Source: Betaproteobacteria bacterium (lineage in GTDB: Bacteria; Pseudomonadota; Gammaproteobacteria; Burkholderiales; Rhodocyclaceae). Taken from it: a stretch of DNA of 64,000 bases. Below the pieces are notes generated by a model. It saw nothing but the letters and a program-made list of their open reading frames with translations, did no database searches and had not been told where the DNA came from. The position numbers and the translations under genes were made by a program. Of this stretch, positions 9,368 through 21,082 are shown in pieces; position 1 is the first letter of the stretch, and each line of letters begins with the position of its first letter. Location: positions 3,072 to 67,071 of the forward strand of contig VEPL01000001.1 in assembly GCA_012026885.1 (NCBI GenBank), given 5' to 3'.

Positions 9368-10278
9368 TCGAAGCGCATGCCGGCCACCAGCGGGTGGCCG
9401 GCGAGGAAGTCCCGTACCGCCAGGCGACGGCCCCCGGCCTTCTGCAACTCCGTGACCTTCAGAGCGCCGCTGCCGCAGGCGACGACGATCCCGCTGCGGT
9501 CGACCGCCAGAATGGTGCCGTTTTCGCCACTGCCCGGAACCGGCGACGCACGCCAGAACTTCACCGGCTGGCCATCGAGGCGGGCCTGCGCACCTGGGAA
9601 CGGTGAAAAGGCGCGGATGTGGCGATCGAGTTGCTCCGCCGGCAGGCGCCAGTCCAGCGCGGCTTCCGCCTTGTCGATCTTGTGCGCATAGGTAACGCCT
9701 TCCGCCGGCTGGGCTGTCTCCGGTAACGGCAGCGCGCCTAGCGCCGCGACGATCAGCCGAGCACCGAGCTCCGCCAGGCGGTCGTGCAGGGTCCCCGCCG
9801 TATCGTCGGCCGCGATCGGCAACGCTTCGCTCAGGAGTACCGGGCCGGTATCGAGGCCGGCTTCCATGCGCATGATGCAAACCCCGGTTTCGCCGTCACC
9901 CGCGAGCAGGGCCCGCTGGATCGGCGCCGCCCCGCGCCAGCGCGGCAGCAGCGACGCGTGGATGTTGAGGCAACCGTTGCGCGGCAGGTCGAGGACCGCC
10001 TGCGGCAGGATGAGGCCGTAGGCAGCAACCACCATTGCGTCCGCCGCGACGGCGGCGACACGCGCCTGCGCCTCCGGCGACTTCAGCGTCGCCGGCTGGA
10101 ACACAGCGAGCCCGTGCGCCAGCGCGAGCTGCTTGACCGGCGAGGGCTGCAGGGCCATGCCACGCCCCGCCGGCCGGTCGGGCTGCGTCAGCACCAGGGG
10201 AATCTCGTGCCCGGCCGCCAGCAGGGCGGCCAGCGCCTGCGCGGCGAATTCGGGCGTACCGGCGAAGATAAGCCTCAT
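9355..10278 (-). CDS. fmt: Methionyl-tRNA formyltransferase
   Basis: True start is [16 protein letters not shown] (cat 10276-10278), overlapping the def stop as ATGA. The rest of the 446-aa ORF upstream is an Arg-rich alternate-frame artefact. Confidence 0.93.
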   Translation of the reverse strand: MRLIFAGTPEFAAQALAALLAAGHEIPLVLTQPDRPAGRGMALQPSPVKQLALAHGLAVFQPATLKSPEAQARVAAVAADAMVVAAYGLILPQAVLDLPRNGCLNIHASLLPRWRGAAPIQRALLAGDGETGVCIMRMEAGLDTGPVLLSEALPIAADDTAGTLHDRLAELGARLIVAALGALPLPETAQPAEGVTYAHKIDKAEAALDWRLPAEQLDRHIRAFSPFPGAQARLDGQPVKFWRASPVPGSGENGTILAVDRSGIVVACGSGALKVTELQKAGGRRLAVRDFLAGHPLVAGMRFDQAA

Positions 10279-10778
10279 GCCGTGACGCGCGCCTGCTTGG
10301 CCAGCCGGGTGCGGATGCGCGTCTGCTTGAGCTGCGACAGGTGATCGACGAAGACCTTGCCGTCGAGGTGGTCGATCTCGTGCTGTATACATATGGCGAG
10401 CAGACCGTCGGCCTCGAGCTGCTGTTCGTTGCCCTCGAGGTCGAGGTAGCGCACCGTGACGCGCTCCGCACGCTCGACCTTGTCGTAGACGCCGGGCACC
10501 GAAAGGCAGCCCTCTTCGCCGGACTGCAGGCCGTCGCAAGTGACGATCTCGGGATTGACGAAGACGCGCAGGTCGTCCTTGCCTTCGGAGACGTCGATGA
10601 CCACGACCCGCTTGTGGACATCGACCTGGGTCGCTGCCAGGCCGATGCCCGGCGCTTCGTACATGGTTTCCGCCATGTCGGCAGCCAGGCGGCACAGGGA
10701 ATCGTCGACGCGCGCTACCGGCGAGGCAACTTTGCGCAGGCGCGGATCGGGAAAACGCAATATGGGTAGAAGGGCCAT
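10275..10778 (-). CDS. def: Peptide deformylase
   Basis: 167-aa ORF with motifs [14 protein letters not shown] and QHEIDHL. Confidence 0.95.
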   Translation of the reverse strand: MALLPILRFPDPRLRKVASPVARVDDSLCRLAADMAETMYEAPGIGLAATQVDVHKRVVVIDVSEGKDDLRVFVNPEIVTCDGLQSGEEGCLSVPGVYDKVERAERVTVRYLDLEGNEQQLEADGLLAICIQHEIDHLDGKVFVDHLSQLKQTRIRTRLAKQARVTA

Positions 10779-10921
10779 CAGGGTGTACCGAAAAAAGCTT
10801 GCTCGCTTAAGTTATTACGTGCAGAATCTCAAGCACTTCCCGAGATATTGGGGCGGGTTGCCGGACGATTGTGAGACCGTCCAGGCATCGCCGTGTTCCT
10901 TCGGCACGCGAGGTTACGACA

Positions 10922-11962
10922 ATGGTACGCATTATATCCGCGCTCATTCTGGCCGTGACGGCCGCCCTGGCATCGGCCGCCGACGCCCCGCAACTGGTCG
11001 ACAATCCACCCGACCGGCACGTCGTCGTCAAGGGTGACACGCTCTGGGGCATTTCTGGCAAGTTCCTCAAGGAACCCTGGCGCTGGCCGGAACTCTGGAA
11101 CATGAACCGCGACCAGATCAAGAACCCGCACCTGATCTACCCCGGCGATGTCGTCTATCTCGACCGCTCGGGCGCCAAGCCGAAGCTGCGCCTGGGCAAG
11201 AAGGTCGGCAGCGCGCAGGCTGGAACCGTCAAACTGACGCCAACCGTTCATTCCGAAGGCTCGACCGCGGCCATCCCGAGCATCCCGCCGCATGTGATCG
11301 AGCCCTTCATATCGCGCCCGCTGGTGCTGGATCCGGCCGACGCCGGCAGCGCCGTTCGGATCGTCGCGACGCAGGAAGAGCGCGTCATGATCGGCAATGG
11401 CGATGTCGGCTTCGCCAGCAACATCCCCGACGCCAGCGTCATCGACTGGAACGTCTTCCGTCCCGGCAAGCCCCTGGTGGACCCCGAAACCGGCGCGGTC
11501 ATCGGCCAGGAAGCCTACTATCTCGGCCGTGCCCGCCTGATCCAGCCCGGCGAGCCAGCGACGCTGCGCATCACCGAGGCCAAGGAAGAGATCTACCGCG
11601 GCGACCAGCTCCTGCCCGCCCCCCCGGCGACCATCCCGTCCTTCGTACCGCGCCGCCCCGACGGCGAAGTCGCCGGCAGCATCATCACCCTCTATGGCGA
11701 CAAGACCGAGGGCGGCACCGGATCGGTCATCACCATCAACCGTGGCCGCGCTGACGGGCTCGAGGTCGGCAACGTCGTCGCGCTGTGGCGGAACCGTGTC
11801 GCCAAGGCCTACGATGCCGACCTGCGCCGCGTCGAGGTGCCGATTCCGGAGGAGCGGTATGCCGTCGCCTTCGTTTTCCGCACCTTCGACCGCGTGTCTT
11901 ACGCGCTGGTGATGTCGGCCTCGAAGTCGGTGCGCAGGGGCGATATCGTCCGTAACCCGTGA
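10922..11962 (+). CDS. LysM-domain peptidoglycan-binding protein
   Basis: Start at MVRIISALILAVTAALASA (signal peptide). LysM motif is VVVKGDTLWGISGKFLKEPWRWPELW. This is the conserved partner divergent from def. Confidence 0.8.
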   Translation: MVRIISALILAVTAALASAADAPQLVDNPPDRHVVVKGDTLWGISGKFLKEPWRWPELWNMNRDQIKNPHLIYPGDVVYLDRSGAKPKLRLGKKVGSAQAGTVKLTPTVHSEGSTAAIPSIPPHVIEPFISRPLVLDPADAGSAVRIVATQEERVMIGNGDVGFASNIPDASVIDWNVFRPGKPLVDPETGAVIGQEAYYLGRARLIQPGEPATLRITEAKEEIYRGDQLLPAPPATIPSFVPRRPDGEVAGSIITLYGDKTEGGTGSVITINRGRADGLEVGNVVALWRNRVAKAYDADLRRVEVPIPEERYAVAFVFRTFDRVSYALVMSASKSVRRGDIVRNP

Positions 11963-13032
11963 GCGATTGTGCAGGGCTGGCCGCCTGGCTGCGGCTGACC
12001 CTCACCCCCGGCATCGGCGGCGAGACGCAGCGCAAGCTCCTCGCCGCCTTCGGTTTACCGGAAGCCATTTTCGCCGCCGGGCGCCTGGCGGTGCGGGCCG
12101 TTGCCGGCGAGCGCGGCGATGCCATCTTCGATTTTGACCCCGCCGAGGCGGTCGACCGCAGCATCGCCTGGGCCGAACGACCGGACCAGCACATCATCAC
12201 CCTCGGCGATCCGGACTACCCGGCGAGCCTCCTGGAGATTCCTGATCCACCGACGCTGCTCTACGTCCGGGGCGATCCCGCCCTGCTCGCCCGCCCCGGG
12301 CTCGCCGTCGTCGGCAGCCGCAATGCCACGCCGCAGGGCGCGCAGACAGCCGAAGCCTTTGCCCGGGCAATCGCGGGCAGAGGACTTACGATCATCAGCG
12401 GCCCCGCGCTCGGCATCGACGCCGCCGCCCACCGTGGCGCGCGGGCCGCGGGCGGCGCAACCGGCGCCGGCATCGGCACCGGTGCCGACCGTGTCTACCC
12501 GGCGCGCAACCGCGAACTGGCGCTCGCCATCGCCGGGCATGGCGCAATCGTCTCCGAATTCCCCCTGGGCACCCCTGCAGTCGCCGCCAACTTCCCGCGC
12601 CGCAACCGCATCATCTCCGGCCTCAGCTGCGGGGTGCTGGTGGTCGAGGCTGCGCCTGAGAGTGGTTCCCTGATCACCGCCCGGCTGGCGGCGGAACAGG
12701 GGCGCGAAGTTTTCGCCATCCCGGGTTCCATCCATTCGCCGGTCGCACGCGGCTGCCACAAACTGATCAAGCAGGGCGCCAAGCTGGTCGAGACCGCTGC
12801 CGACGTCCTCGAGGAGCTCGTCGCCGGGAGCGAACCGTCACCCACGCCGGCCGCCGGGGACGACGATGCTCACCCCGTCCTCGCCGCCCTGGGCCACGAC
12901 CCGTGCGCGCTCGACGACCTCGTCGAACGCACCGGACAGACAGCCGAAACCCTGCTCGGCGAGCTGCTGGCGCTCGAACTGGGCGGCCGTGTCGCCGCCC
13001 TGCCCGGCAACCGCTACCAGCGCCTCGGCTGA
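11959..13032 (+). CDS. dprA: DNA-processing protein DprA (Smf)
   Basis: 357-aa ORF. GTG start overlaps the LysM gene stop. Rossmann-like core: VVGSRNATPQG...IISGLSCGVLVVEA...SGSLITARLAAEQGREVFAIPG. Confidence 0.88.
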   Translation: MSDCAGLAAWLRLTLTPGIGGETQRKLLAAFGLPEAIFAAGRLAVRAVAGERGDAIFDFDPAEAVDRSIAWAERPDQHIITLGDPDYPASLLEIPDPPTLLYVRGDPALLARPGLAVVGSRNATPQGAQTAEAFARAIAGRGLTIISGPALGIDAAAHRGARAAGGATGAGIGTGADRVYPARNRELALAIAGHGAIVSEFPLGTPAVAANFPRRNRIISGLSCGVLVVEAAPESGSLITARLAAEQGREVFAIPGSIHSPVARGCHKLIKQGAKLVETAADVLEELVAGSEPSPTPAAGDDDAHPVLAALGHDPCALDDLVERTGQTAETLLGELLALELGGRVAALPGNRYQRLG

Positions 13033-13097
13033 CCCCTTCCCTTGCCAAGCCGCGCGCGGGCCACTTATCATGGCCCGGCACCCCTTCAGGCCAGAAC

Positions 13098-15620
13098 ATG
13101 ACAAAGAAGCTGATCATTGCCGAAAAACCCTCTGTCGCCAGCGACATCGCCAAGGCGATCGGCGGGTTCACGAAGCACGACGACTATTACGAGAGCGAGC
13201 AGTTCGTGCTGTCGTCGGCCATCGGCCACCTGCTCGAACTGGCCTGCCCGGAGGAATTCGAGGTCAAGCGGGGCAAGTGGTCGTTCGCCCACCTGCCGGT
13301 CATCCCGCCGCACTTCGCGCTGAACCCGATCGAGAAGACCGCGACCCGGCTCAAGCTCCTCAACAAGCTGATCAAGCGCAAGGACGTCGACGGCCTGATC
13401 AACGCCTGCGACGCGGGCCGCGAAGGCGAACTGATCTTCAACTACATCGCCCAGGCAGCGAAATCCGGCAAGCCGGTGCAGCGCCTGTGGCTGCAGTCGA
13501 TGACCCAGGGTGCCATCCGCGACGGCTTCGCCCGCCTGCGCGGCGGCCACGAGATGCGCGGCCTTGGTGATGCCGCCGTCTGCCGCTCCGAATCCGACTG
13601 GCTGGTCGGCATCAACGGCACGCGGGCGATGACCGCCTTCAATTCCAAGACCGGCGGCTTCCACCTGACCACCGTCGGCCGCGTGCAGACGCCGACGCTG
13701 GCCATCGTCGTCGAGCGCGAAAGGAAGATCCGCGAATTCAAGGCACGCCCGTACTGGGAAGTTGAGGGCGAATTCGCCGCGAAAGCGGGTATTTACACCG
13801 GCAAATGGTTCGACGAGGCATACAAGGGCAAGGAAGACGACGAGCACGCCCGCGCCGACCGCCTCTGGGAACAGGCGCGCGCCGACGCCATCCGCGCGGC
13901 GACCCTGGGCAAGCCGGGTACCGTCAGCGAGGAGGCCAAGCCCGAGACGCGGCTGTCGCCGCTGCTTTTCGACCTCACCAGCCTGCAGCGCGAAGCCAAC
14001 GGCCGCTTCGGCTTTTCGGCCAAGACCACCCTGAGCCTCGCGCAGGCGCTTTACGAAAAACACAAGGTCCTCACCTACCCGCGGACCGATTCGCGCTGCC
14101 TGCCCGAGGACTACGTCGGAACGGTCAAGGCGACCATGGCCATGCTGACCGGCGAGGGCGCCGGCAAAGGTCACGACGAGGTCTTGCTCGCCCGCTACGC
14201 GCCCTTCGCCCACCAGGTCCTCGCGCGCAACTGGGTGATCCCGAACAAGCGCATCTTCAATAATGCGAAGGTGAGCGATCACTTCGCCATCATTCCCACC
14301 ACACAGGCGCCCAAGCACCTGAACGAGCTGGAACAGAAGCTGTACGACTTCGTCGCCCGCCGCTTCCTTTCGGTCTTCTTCCCGGCCGCCGAATACCTCG
14401 TCACCACGCGCATCACCCGCGTCGAGGGGCATCCCTTCAAGACCGAGGGCAAGGTCCTGGTGAACCCGGGCTGGCTCGCCGTGCATGGCAAGGAAGGCCA
14501 GAGCGGCGACGAGGGCAACCTGGTCGCGGTCGACAAGGACGAGAAGGTCAAAGCCGAGGACGTCACCGTCAAGGCCAGCGAGACCAAGCCGCCGCCGCGC
14601 TACTCGGAAGCCACCCTGCTCTCCGCCATGGAGGGCGCCGGCAAGATGGTCGACGACGAGGAGCTCAAGGCGGCGATGGCCGGGCGCGGGCTCGGCACGC
14701 CGGCCACGCGGGCCCAGATCATCGAGAACCTGATCGGCGAGCAGTACATGCACCGCGAGGGCCGCGAGCTGATCCCGACCGCCAAGGCCTTCAACCTGAT
14801 GACCCTGCTCAACGGCCTCGGTGTCACCGAACTGACACAGCCCGAATTGACCGGCGAGTGGGAACACAAGCTCGGGCGCATCGAGAAGGGCGAATTCACG
14901 CGCGACGAATTCATGCGCGAAATCGCCGAGATGACCCGGCACATCGTCGAGCGTGCCAAGACTTTCGACAGCGACACCATTCCCGGCGACTTCGGCCTCC
15001 TCAAGGCACCCTGCCCCAAGTGCGGCGGCCTGATCCGCGAGACCTACAAGAAATTCCAGTGCAGCGACTGCGACTATGCGCTGTGGAAGATCGTCGCCGG
15101 GCGCCAGTACGAGCCGGCCGAGATCGAGACCCTGCTCACCGAGAAGCAGGTCGGTCCGCTCACCGGCTTCCGCAACAAGATGGGACGCGCCTTCGCCGCC
15201 AGCATCCGCCTCAACGACGACCTCCAGCCCGAGTTCGATTTCGGCCAGGACCGGACCGCCGACGGCGGCGAGGCCGAAGCGGTGGACTTCTCGGGCCAGG
15301 AACCCCTGGGTCGCTGTCCCAAATGCGCCGCATCCGTTTATGATAATGGCAGCGCCTACACCTGCGAAAAGGCGGTCGGCCCGGCAAAGTCCTGCGACTT
15401 CCGTTCGGGCAAGATCATCCTGCAGCAGCCGGTGGACAGCGCGCAGATGAAGAAGCTGCTGGCGGACGGCAAGACCGATCTCCTCAAGGAGTTCGTCTCC
15501 AACCGCACCCGCCGCAAGTTTTCGGCCTACCTCGTCGTTCAGGACGGAAAGGTCGGCTTCGAATTCGAGAAAAAGACCGCGGCCAAGAAGCCAGCGGCCA
15601 AAAAAACAACCCCGGCCTGA
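13098..15620 (+). CDS. topB: DNA topoisomerase III with C-terminal zinc-ribbon repeats and a Lys-rich tail
   Basis: Start at MTKKLIIAEKPSVASDIAKAIG (Toprim, topo III-like LIIAEKPS). Also SSAIGHLLEL and an active-site region TYPRTDSR. CxxC pairs occur near the C-terminus and the protein ends KKPAAKKTTPA. The 65 aa upstream of the start in the ORF track are artefact. Confidence 0.85.
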   Translation: MTKKLIIAEKPSVASDIAKAIGGFTKHDDYYESEQFVLSSAIGHLLELACPEEFEVKRGKWSFAHLPVIPPHFALNPIEKTATRLKLLNKLIKRKDVDGLINACDAGREGELIFNYIAQAAKSGKPVQRLWLQSMTQGAIRDGFARLRGGHEMRGLGDAAVCRSESDWLVGINGTRAMTAFNSKTGGFHLTTVGRVQTPTLAIVVERERKIREFKARPYWEVEGEFAAKAGIYTGKWFDEAYKGKEDDEHARADRLWEQARADAIRAATLGKPGTVSEEAKPETRLSPLLFDLTSLQREANGRFGFSAKTTLSLAQALYEKHKVLTYPRTDSRCLPEDYVGTVKATMAMLTGEGAGKGHDEVLLARYAPFAHQVLARNWVIPNKRIFNNAKVSDHFAIIPTTQAPKHLNELEQKLYDFVARRFLSVFFPAAEYLVTTRITRVEGHPFKTEGKVLVNPGWLAVHGKEGQSGDEGNLVAVDKDEKVKAEDVTVKASETKPPPRYSEATLLSAMEGAGKMVDDEELKAAMAGRGLGTPATRAQIIENLIGEQYMHREGRELIPTAKAFNLMTLLNGLGVTELTQPELTGEWEHKLGRIEKGEFTRDEFMREIAEMTRHIVERAKTFDSDTIPGDFGLLKAPCPKCGGLIRETYKKFQCSDCDYALWKIVAGRQYEPAEIETLLTEKQVGPLTGFRNKMGRAFAASIRLNDDLQPEFDFGQDRTADGGEAEAVDFSGQEPLGRCPKCAASVYDNGSAYTCEKAVGPAKSCDFRSGKIILQQPVDSAQMKKLLADGKTDLLKEFVSNRTRRKFSAYLVVQDGKVGFEFEKKTAAKKPAAKKTTPA

Positions 15621-15673
15621 CCGACGACAGAGACCATCGTTTGATACCCCCATCAGGGGAGGGAGGAAGACAC

Positions 15674-16816
15674 ATGTTTGGAAAATCGGCATTCGGCCGC
15701 CTGGCCGTTGCCGCGGCGCTGCTATTCGCCTCGGCCGCGGGCGCAGAACCCGGGGTCACCGACCGCTCGGTACTGATCGGCCAGTCGGTGCCGCTGACCG
15801 GCCCGGCCCAGGAACTGGGCATCGAGATGCAACTCGGGGCGAACCTTTATTTCGACCACGTCAACAGCCAGGGCGGCGTCAACGGGCGCAAGATCGTCCT
15901 GCGCACCCTCGATGACGGCTACGAGCCCGAACGCACGACTGCCACCACCCGCCAGCTGATCGAACAGGACGGCGTCTTTGCCCTGTTCGGCTATGTCGGC
16001 ACGCCGACCAGCGTCGCCGCGCTGAAGATCTCCGACCCCGCCGGCGTTCCCTTCATCGGCGCCTTCACCGGTGCCGAAGTCCTGCGCAGCCCGTTCAACC
16101 GCAATATCTTCAACATCCGTGCGAGCTACTACGACGAAACCGAGAAGATCGTCGAGCAATTCACCTCGCTGAACGTCAACCGCATCGCCATCTTCTACCA
16201 GAACGACGCCTACGGAAAAGCCGGCCTTGCCGGTGTCGAACGGGCGATGGCCAAGCGCAAGCTGAAGCTGGTCGCCACCGGAACGGTCGAGCGCAATTCG
16301 GTGGACGTGGAGGCGGCGGTCAAGGCGATCGCCCCGGCCAAGCCGGACATGATCGTCATGGTCACCACCTACAAATCGACTGCGGCCTTCATCAACGCCA
16401 TGCGTGCGGCCGGCAGCCGTCCCCAGTTCTTCACCGTCTCCTTCGTCGGCAGCCGGGCGCTGGCCAAGGAACTCGGCCAGGACGGCGCCGGCATCGGTAT
16501 TTCCCAGGTGGTCCCCTTCCCGTGGGCGGGAGCGATCCCGGTCGTGCGCGAGTACCAGAAACTGCTCGCGGCATCGACCAGCAAACGCGACGTCTCCTTC
16601 ACCAGCCTCGAGGGATTCATCGCCGCCAAGGTGTTCGTCGAGGGCCTGAAGCGTGCCGGCAAGGACCTGACGCGCGACAGATTCGTTTCGGCGATGGAAG
16701 GCATGCGCAACTACGATGCCGGCGGCTTCGCCGTCAGCTTCTCGCCGACCAACCACAATGCCTCGACCTTCGTCGACCTGACCATCATCCGGAGGGACGG
16801 CAGCTTCCTCAACTAG
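15674..16816 (+). CDS. Orphan ABC-transporter periplasmic substrate-binding protein (LivK / branched-chain amino-acid family)
   Basis: Start at MFGKSAFGRLAVAAALLFASAAGA, preceded by GGGGAGGGAGG. Type I periplasmic binding-protein fold motifs seen (IGQSVPLTGPAQELG). No permease or ATPase genes are adjacent. Confidence 0.8.
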   Translation: MFGKSAFGRLAVAAALLFASAAGAEPGVTDRSVLIGQSVPLTGPAQELGIEMQLGANLYFDHVNSQGGVNGRKIVLRTLDDGYEPERTTATTRQLIEQDGVFALFGYVGTPTSVAALKISDPAGVPFIGAFTGAEVLRSPFNRNIFNIRASYYDETEKIVEQFTSLNVNRIAIFYQNDAYGKAGLAGVERAMAKRKLKLVATGTVERNSVDVEAAVKAIAPAKPDMIVMVTTYKSTAAFINAMRAAGSRPQFFTVSFVGSRALAKELGQDGAGIGISQVVPFPWAGAIPVVREYQKLLAASTSKRDVSFTSLEGFIAAKVFVEGLKRAGKDLTRDRFVSAMEGMRNYDAGGFAVSFSPTNHNASTFVDLTIIRRDGSFLN

Positions 16817-16898
16817 CCGGGCACCCCCGCTCGCCCCCCCCCGGAAACCTGCCCGCACCGACACTGGACATTCCGGGCCAAAGGAGTAATCTGGAGCC

Positions 16899-17097
16899 AC
16901 GTTCCCGCCAGCAATATTGTCCGGGGCGCTTCTCAGACAACGCGATTGGAGGCCGAATGGTTGAAAGTCCGCCGCAGCTAGAAGGGATAACCGGGTAGTA
17001 CCCGAACGGCTCACAGCCGAACACCCTGGTCAGGCGTACCAGGGTCCAAGATCGACGAAGCCCATGTGCAATCCGCCATGGGCTTCTTCTTTTTTTC
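16899..17097 (+). ncRNA. Candidate small RNA or structured 3' UTR ending at an intrinsic terminator
   Basis: 364-nt gap with no credible ORF. A sigma70-like TGGACA-N16-TAATCT lies at 16865-16892. Local stems seen: CCCGGAA/TTCCGGG, TTGTC/GACAA, CCCTGGT/ACCAGGG. Several GGA-containing motifs. A perfect terminator lies at 17057-17097. The 5' end is a guess. Confidence 0.25.
17057..17097 (+). terminator. Rho-independent terminator
   Basis: Perfect 10-bp stem GAAGCCCATG / CATGGGCTTC with a 10-nt loop, followed by TTCTTTTTTTT. Confidence 0.75.
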
Positions 17098-17166
17098 ACC
17101 CGCCCGCGGCGCTGCAACGTTAGCCGGCGCCGCTTCGCGCAGGTCGGAATCAGCGGGCGGACTGTT

Positions 17167-17180
17167 GTTCCACGTGAAAC
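17167..17180 (+). repeat. 14-mer GTTCCACGTGAAAC, copy 2
   Basis: Exact string abutting the oxyR stop codon (17181-17183). Confidence 0.9.
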
Positions 17181-18095
17181 TCAGCGGACCGGCGTCGCTC
17201 CGGGCAACTGGCACGCGAGCACCGCAGCGCGCACCGCGTCGATGGCTTGCGGACGCGGGAAGGTGACGCGCCAGACGAGACCGACGGTGCGCCGCGGTGG
17301 TTCGCCGGCAAAGGGCAGGACGCGCACCAGCGGCTCCTTTTCGGCCAGCGGGTCGGCGGCGCTGCTCGGCATCACCGCAACGCCGGCGCCGCTCGCCACC
17401 ATGTAGCGGATGGTTTCCAGCGAGCTGCCTTCGATGGCGTGATCGAGAGCATCCTCGCCGGTCAGCCGGGGGCAGGATTCAAGCACCTGGTCGCGGAAGC
17501 AGTTGCCCTGCCCGAGCAGCAGCAGGTTCTGGCCATCCAGTTCTTCAGCGGCGACATCCGGACGGCCCACCCACGGATGGCTGGCGGGGACGACGACGCG
17601 AAACGGCTCGTCGTAGACCGGCTGGGCGACCAGCCCCGGCTCGGCGAAGGGCAGCGCGATGACGATGACGTCGAGCTCGCCGGCCTTGAGCGCCGGGACG
17701 AGGTTGCCGGTGAAGTCTTCCTTGAGGAACAACGGCATCTTCGGCGCGTGGCGGTGCAGCGCCGGGATCAGTTGCGGCAGCAGGTAGGGGGCGATGGTGT
17801 AGATGATGCCGACGCGCAACTGCCCGCTCATCGGATCGCCGGTCGCCTCGGCGATCTCCTCGAGGCGCACGGCCTCCTCCAGAACGCGCCGCGCCTGGGC
17901 GACGATGCGCTCGCCGAGCGCGGTGATGCGGACGTCGCTGGCGGTGCGCTCGAACAGCGCGGCGCCGAGCTGGCCCTCGACCTTCTTGAGCGCCACCGAC
18001 AAGGTCGGCTGGCTGACGTGGCAGGCCTCGGCGGCGCGGCCGAAGTGACGCTCGCGGGCAAGCGCGACGATATAGCGCATTTCGGTCAGGGTCAT
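17181..18095 (-). CDS. oxyR: LysR-family hydrogen-peroxide-sensing regulator OxyR
   Basis: True start is MTLTEMRYIVALARERHFGRAAEACHVSQPTLS (cat 18093-18095). Both redox cysteines are in OxyR-like context: LLLLGQGNCFRDQVLESCP. The upstream 200 aa of the listed ORF are artefact. Confidence 0.85.
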   Translation of the reverse strand: MTLTEMRYIVALARERHFGRAAEACHVSQPTLSVALKKVEGQLGAALFERTASDVRITALGERIVAQARRVLEEAVRLEEIAEATGDPMSGQLRVGIIYTIAPYLLPQLIPALHRHAPKMPLFLKEDFTGNLVPALKAGELDVIVIALPFAEPGLVAQPVYDEPFRVVVPASHPWVGRPDVAAEELDGQNLLLLGQGNCFRDQVLESCPRLTGEDALDHAIEGSSLETIRYMVASGAGVAVMPSSAADPLAEKEPLVRVLPFAGEPPRRTVGLVWRVTFPRPQAIDAVRAAVLACQLPGATPVR

Positions 18096-18799
18096 GCGGA
18101 ATTTCCCAGTTTTTCGAGGTCGACCGCAAGCAGCCAGCGCCAGGCGCCGGGCGCCAGGTCGGCAGGCAGCGCGAATCCGCCGACGGCCTCGCGGTGCAGC
18201 GCCTCGACGCGGTTGCCGGCGGCTGCGACCATGCGCTTGACCTGGTGGTACTTGCCCTCGGTCACCGTCAGGCGCAGCAGGCGTTCGCCGGCGACCTCGG
18301 CCGCGGCGGCGGCCACCGGTGCCGGCTCGTCGTTGAGGACGACGCCGGCGAGCAGGCGGTCGACCTGCTCCGCGTCGACCGGGTGCTTCGTCGTCGCCAG
18401 GTACACCTTGGGTACCTTGCGCTTGCCCGACGAAAGGCGGTGATTGAGCTGGCCGTCGTCGGTCAGCAGCAGCAGGCCGGTGGTGTCCTCGTCCAGCCGT
18501 CCGATGGGCTGCACGTCGCGCTCGCGCAGCGGCGCCGGCAGCAGCTCGAGCACCGACGGGTGATGCTGCGGCTTGCGCGAGCACTCGTAGCCGGCCGGCT
18601 TGTTGAGGATGACGGTGGCGTGCTCGCAAAACGGCCATTCGACGCCATCCACCGCGAAGACGAGCCCGGCGGTCGCCAGTTCGGCGAACGGGTCCGCGCA
18701 CACCGTGCCGCCGACGGCGACCCGCCCGTGACGGACCAGCGCGCGGCAGCCCTTGCGGGTGCCGAAGCCGTGCAGCTGCAGGATGCGCTCGAGTTGCAT
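18092..18799 (-). CDS. rsuA: 16S rRNA pseudouridine synthase, RsuA family (S4 plus PseudoU_synth_2 domains)
   Basis: 235-aa ORF with the catalytic motif GRLDEDTTGLLLLTDDG and KYHQVKRM. Its stop overlaps the oxyR ATG (ATGA). Confidence 0.75.
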   Translation of the reverse strand: MQLERILQLHGFGTRKGCRALVRHGRVAVGGTVCADPFAELATAGLVFAVDGVEWPFCEHATVILNKPAGYECSRKPQHHPSVLELLPAPLRERDVQPIGRLDEDTTGLLLLTDDGQLNHRLSSGKRKVPKVYLATTKHPVDAEQVDRLLAGVVLNDEPAPVAAAAAEVAGERLLRLTVTEGKYHQVKRMVAAAGNRVEALHREAVGGFALPADLAPGAWRWLLAVDLEKLGNSA

Positions 18800-18822
18800 G
18801 GCGGCGATGCTACCATCGGCGC

Positions 18823-19293
18823 ATGCAGTTCGAGCACCTGATCGCCATCAACGACCCCGGCAACCCGCTGATCGTCCCGCTGACGCGCGAGCAGCTCTGG
18901 GAAGGCCTGCTGCAGCGGGTGGAAAACCCGCTACCTTTCCTGCCCGGACTGGAAGCATGCAGGATCGTCGAGCGCAGCGACGACCGCCTGTTGCGCGACC
19001 TCGATTTCGGGCCGGCGACCATCCAGGACCGCGTCACGCTAGCCACTGCCGAATGGGTGCGCTTCGACATCGTCCCCAGCGCGGAACACGCCGGCGGCAG
19101 CCTGACGATCAGCATCGAGGAACCGCAGCCCGGCTTCCTCTTCCTCCGCTTCGCCTACACGACGACCTTCGCGGCCAATCCGAATTCCGAGGAACGTGCC
19201 TACATCGAGTACATCAAGTCGGCCTACCACCAGTCCGACATCGACTGCGTGCGCATCATCCGCACGCTCGCCGACGGCGGCACCCCGCAGTAG
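18823..19293 (+). CDS. DUF1857 / SRPBCC-fold (AtaL-like) protein
   Basis: 156-aa ORF, MQFEHLIAINDPGNPLIVPLTREQLWEGLL... The family assignment is from memory of the DUF1857 pattern. Confidence 0.5.
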   Translation: MQFEHLIAINDPGNPLIVPLTREQLWEGLLQRVENPLPFLPGLEACRIVERSDDRLLRDLDFGPATIQDRVTLATAEWVRFDIVPSAEHAGGSLTISIEEPQPGFLFLRFAYTTTFAANPNSEERAYIEYIKSAYHQSDIDCVRIIRTLADGGTPQ

Positions 19294-19301
19294 CCAGCCG
19301 C

Positions 19302-20924
<1,623 letters not shown>

Positions 20925-21082
20925 GGCGGATCCGATTCCAGAGCGAAGGGCGGGATTTTACATGTTTTCAATGGGTTGACCGCGACCGTCGGGCCGCAAA
21001 CGGCATTGCGCAACCCCGATTGTGCACTGCGGTGTAAGATTCCCGGCCACGACGATCCGCCGCACAGGCAAAGAGACAGCCC

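Noticed and set aside
13086-15692. 868-aa minus-strand ORF opposite topB. Similar giants lie opposite other genes: 27012..29846 (+) opposite gyrB, 33582..36224 (-) opposite yidC/mnmE, 37390..39693 (-) opposite the radical SAM gene, 21530..23371 (-) opposite gshA/gshB, and 57040..57954 and others opposite the MMPL gene.
   Set aside because: These are antisense shadows of well-supported genes. Their composition is dominated by R/A/G/D/E/L with no recognisable motifs. Stop codons are rare in GC-rich antisense frames.
16817-17100. Whether the structured intergenic region is RNase P RNA, 6S RNA, SRP RNA, tmRNA or a cobalamin riboswitch
   Set aside because: Only short chance resemblances were found (GAAAGTCC, GGTCAGG). 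The defining conserved blocks of those RNAs, recalled from E. coli, are absent. A riboswitch is unlikely because no gene follows on that strand. I kept it only as an unclassified sRNA or 3' UTR candidate.
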